DNA from: Fistulifera solaris
Taxonomy: Eukaryota
Assembly (NCBI GenBank): GCA_030295235.1
Contig: AP026145.1
Coordinates: forward strand, 248,001-312,000
Reading direction: 5' to 3'
DNA: 64,000 nucleotides
Under the pieces are notes generated by a model. It was not told where the DNA came from and searched no databases. It was given only the letters and a program-made list of their open reading frames with translations. Below, one piece after another: positions 60,269 through 64,000 of this stretch. Both the position numbers and the translations under genes were made by a program. The number at the start of each line of letters is the position of its first letter. Position 1 is the first letter of the stretch.

Positions 60269-60619
60269 TTATTCTTCTACCTTCTTGCGCATGTCTGCGT
60301 TGTTGCTTTCGATGGCTTTCTCGTGTTCTGTAATCTGTCTTTTCAGATTCTCGATATCGAAAATGGCCTCGTTGATGCACGCCTGTAACGCTTCTTCTCC
60401 GGCTTGCTGGTCGAGCTTCAGCGTGAGGTAGTCTGCACCAAACTTCTTCTTGCGATTATCGATATCAAACTCGAGCTTTTTGATTAACGCTACTTCTTTT
60501 GCGTTCACCGAGCCCGTCTTGGTAGCTACCCACGCTTTTAAGACATTTTCTTGCACGTTCTTCCATAACTTGAGAACGGCGTTCTCATCGCCATCGGTGG
60601 TAGTGATCGCTGTACTCAT
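60269..60619 (-). CDS. Small coiled-coil hypothetical protein
   Basis: 116-aa helical ORF (IKKLEFDIDNRKKKFGADY). Confidence 0.6.
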   Translation of the reverse strand: MSTAITTTDGDENAVLKLWKNVQENVLKAWVATKTGSVNAKEVALIKKLEFDIDNRKKKFGADYLTLKLDQQAGEEALQACINEAIFDIENLKRQITEHEKAIESNNADMRKKVEE

Positions 60620-61391
60620 ATCTAGTAGTTCCGATTCGAATGTGGGTTCTATGCGTTGTACCTTATCTGCTGATATGTTTGTGATGATACACGGACTGAT
60701 TATTGCGTACCAGGTATTGCAACTTGCAACGACTATTATTAGGTTTTTTTATTTTTCTCGCCGAAGAACTTCGTGCCCGTGGGTCTTGTGAAACAAAAAC
60801 AGAACGTAAAAAAAGTAATCTACTACTTATATTTATAGTGCTTCGTGTCGTAGAAGACGTGAAATGCTACACTAACAAACAGACTAAAGTCATTTTTGAC
60901 GGATGAAGTACAGACCGTGTTGAAATGCCGAAGATGAAAAAAGCGAACGAAAATCCATCCACGTCATCGAAACAATCGCATCGGTATTTGCCTATTAAAT
61001 GAAAACAGACAAGACTACAACATCTCATAGAGTAAGAAAATACAGTCAAATAAAATGTAGCTTGGACCGTCCCTACGTCCTGAAAGACCGCAGCACGCAT
61101 CATTCACACGTCAACAAAAAGGGGGATTGTATTTGACTGTAATTCATTGCTTGGTAAGTCGCTCTCATCATGTATTTGGATAATGAAATTCACTTGAATA
61201 CATAGGTTACTTTATCGAAGAAAACGACGCTTGGCGGCGCCAGATTTGCGCAAATCGATCGGTATCTCCAATTTTGCCGCTCATTTCGTCTGTCTGCTAG
61301 TCGGCTTTTGTTGTTTTGATGACTGCTTAATCGTTGTGATTTACACTTTGGCTAATATTGAACTTTATTTCCAGATTGTTAATCGAATAAG

Positions 61392-62018
61392 ATGCAGAGG
61401 GCCCAGCCATTTGTTCAGCGTGTCTCTGTGAGCGTGGCAAAGCGCTCCTTCTCCACTCCTGCGGAGCACAAACCGTTGATTACTTTGCACGGAATCCATG
61501 CCCGTTACGCCAATGCGACCTACGTTGCCGCTTCCAAAGCCGGAAAGTTAGACAATGTGGAAGCTGAATTGAAGGGTTTGGCTGCTGCGGCCGGTAAGCC
61601 CGGTGCCTGGAAGACTCTTTTGGAGAACCCTTTAATTGCCCGCCAAGCGAAAGTGGATGCTTGCGCGAAATTGGATGACAAGCTCTCCCCGGTAACTCGT
61701 AATCTTTTGGTGACCATGGCTGGAAATGCTCGTTTGGCTGATCTTCCGAAAGTCGTCTCTACGTTTGAGCAGTTGATGAAAGCCAAGCGCGGAGAAGTCG
61801 ATGCGAAGATTATCAGTGCTGAGCCTTTGAGTGCCGCACAACTAAAGGCCGTCGAAAAGGCAATGGCTTCACAAGTTCCCAAGGGAAAGAAAGTCGTGAT
61901 CCAAGCTGTCACGGACCCTTCGATTGTTGGCGGTCTTCAGGTGCAAATTGGTGACCAATTCTTGGATCTTTCGGTAAAGAGCCGCATTGAAGAGATCTCC
62001 ACCATGAGCGTAGATTAA
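61392..62018 (+). CDS. ATP5O: Mitochondrial ATP synthase OSCP (delta) subunit
   Basis: GIHARYANATY, LENPLI, KRGEV...SAEPL, DPSIVGGLQVQIGDQFLDLS, with an N-terminal presequence. Confidence 0.96.
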   Translation: MQRAQPFVQRVSVSVAKRSFSTPAEHKPLITLHGIHARYANATYVAASKAGKLDNVEAELKGLAAAAGKPGAWKTLLENPLIARQAKVDACAKLDDKLSPVTRNLLVTMAGNARLADLPKVVSTFEQLMKAKRGEVDAKIISAEPLSAAQLKAVEKAMASQVPKGKKVVIQAVTDPSIVGGLQVQIGDQFLDLSVKSRIEEISTMSVD

Positions 62019-62522
62019 AGCAACGTTAGTCTGCGGTCATCTTCCATAAGCTTTAAGGATACTTAAAAAAAGTGTTGCGTACTTTATTATTCTAGAGACG
62101 ATGAATAGCTTTGGCCTTAGCTAAAGTCATCGTTTAGATACGTACACGCCCATAGTTTGGAAACAAGATAACAGGAAGTGATGGTTAGCAAGTCTAGAGG
62201 ACTTAAAATCTTCCCAGGGGCTGTTTCCATGCGGACCCCGAAACTTCATTTTGTACGTATGTGTTGAAGTTGAAAGTCCTAGTTCTCTCCTCTCTAGTCT
62301 AGGCTTATTCGTGGTTTTAACTAGGATGAAATCACGACTGGACTGGATGTAGTTGTGTACACTTCTTGTCCATAGTGTGGGCGCGAAGCGGCGTCAGCCT
62401 TCCATTTTTGCGCGTGTACCGAACTCCGTGTCCTCTCGCCACTGAATCAGTACACATTCTCTTAGTTGACGTTTGATGTCTTTTGGCACTCAATCCAGCG
62501 GGCGCGTGAAGATTTCGATACT

Positions 62523-64000
62523 ATGGATTCCGTCTTCGACAAAGGCTATCTTTACTTAAGGAACTCACATGTTGATTCCCTAAGTATGGCTGTAGACTTA
62601 GGAACGCGCGCCAGCACGTCGTCGCGCAAGACTGTTTTGAAAACGTTCCCCAGAATTTTCCGTGAGTGATTTGATCGAAGGTCATCTCTTGTTAGGCGTA
62701 GTTGGATTGTTCTTAATGAAAATTTCGATTTTTGTTGTATCACTAATCAAAAGACCATCAACAAAGAGGGAGAGAACGTCCCATGTCACTTTTTGAGTCG
62801 GCGGAGAGAGAAAGGTCGTGAGAGATCGAACTGTAACTTGCTTGTGATTCTTCCCGCGCACTCGAGAGCTATCACAAAAGTCGGGTCGCTTTGTGAGCAG
62901 CTAGAGATCCTGCAGCGTTTATTGAGTGACAGCGTGACTATCAGCGCTTGTGAAAGAATGAACGACAGTGATTCTCAAAAGTTGGATATGCAGTATTCTT
63001 CGCCGTCTTCATCTTCGAACACTGCTCCAGCAGTGTCTACGCCCAGTCACCCGCATAAGTATCCAATGACGAGCTCAAGCAATCCTCCGGATCCTTCGCT
63101 GCATCATCGATATTGTCTCGTGATTCATCGGCAGCCGTTTCATGTGTTCTCTGGGGAGTCTTTTGAATTTGAGTTTGGGCTTGCGCGTGCTGATCTTGAA
63201 ACAATAACAAGGAATGCAGAAGATAGCAATAGTCCTCCTTCTGTTATTGATATTACCGCTCTTCTTGAATGCCATGTCACGGAAGGTGCTTCCAGTGATC
63301 CGTCATTACCAGATGAAACGACCTTTGAGGTACTTCAGGAGCCACGGATTTCACCTCGACGACAAACAGGGAAACTGGTTGCCCGTATACATCACAACGT
63401 TCAGAAGGAGAGAAACGCATTTGTGATTCGACTCGATGCTAAAGGAGATGTACAGGGAACTCAGTCGGCAGTCATTTACGTTGTACGCGCAAAATTGAAC
63501 ATAACGACTCCTTCTGACTGGCCTGACCCAGTTTGGTATAAAGATGAAGGTGGTCGAGACAAATGCATGGAGGTCACTGTCACCATTACCGATAAGGATT
63601 CGCAACGCCTGCATGAATCCGTACCTCTTCGTATCGAACTATTCTACGAAGCAAAGCCATCTGGGAGACCTACGGCTGTTTTGAACCAGGATATCTTGAG
63701 ATTGCTGGGTTCGTCGAGAATTCTTGAGCTTGATACAAGTGGGCAAACTAAGTTGCGGTTTCGGGTCGAGGACGTATCTAAGAATCACCAGGGTCAGAAT
63801 TTCGTGCTGAAAATTCAACCGAAAGCTGAAATCGTGGACATTGCTCCAGCATGGACTCCTGCTGTAGCTATTCGATCGAAACGAAACAAGCGACAACGAT
63901 CGCACACAACAAACCCTACCGAGGACTTTCCTTCTCCCTTAGCTACCGCTCCCCAACCACCACATCACAATGAACGTCTTCGAGAAGCTGTGAATGGCAT
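62523..64000 (+). CDS. Partial gene for a conserved hypothetical protein, possible Ig-fold transcription factor (runs off the window end; start uncertain)
   Basis: Open frame from about 63510 reads VWYKDEGGRDKCME...LRFRVEDVSKNHQGQNFVL...PAVAIRSKRNKRQR. Possible GTGAGT donor at 62662. Confidence 0.6.

Overview
Eukaryotic nuclear DNA, most likely from a pennate diatom. This is an inference from the compact genes, short GT-AG introns, bipartite plastid-type presequences and a tandemly expanded RNI/LRR-like family reminiscent of Fistulifera. Recognisable genes are SMC6, COX11, mitochondrial ATP synthase OSCP, a GDPD, a class-3 lipase, a dual-domain CaMK-like kinase, a RING E3, two FG-GAP propeller membrane proteins, a sacsin-like HATPase/CUE/HExxH protein, and a 5xCXXC-Tudor-SET-like chromatin protein. 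Single-base frameshifts interrupt many genes, including SMC6, so they probably reflect consensus errors, and multi-fragment CDS boundaries are approximate. The most striking feature occurs twice (about 17.0-21.5 kb and 41.1-47.1 kb): an intron-containing tRNA-Pro gene faces a convergent, spliced gene encoding two phage-type HNH nuclease domains plus an AP2-like domain. At the second locus this cassette lies between an orphan tRNA-Pro 5' half and an orphan tRNA-Pro 3' end with a ~280-bp diverged direct repeat. That arrangement suggests a tRNA-targeting, homing-endonuclease-like nuclear element carrying its own replacement tRNA. Also notable are a strongly over-represented non-coding TACCWGGTA motif resembling Tc1/mariner excision footprints, and a palindrome-rich 207-bp satellite with higher-order structure.
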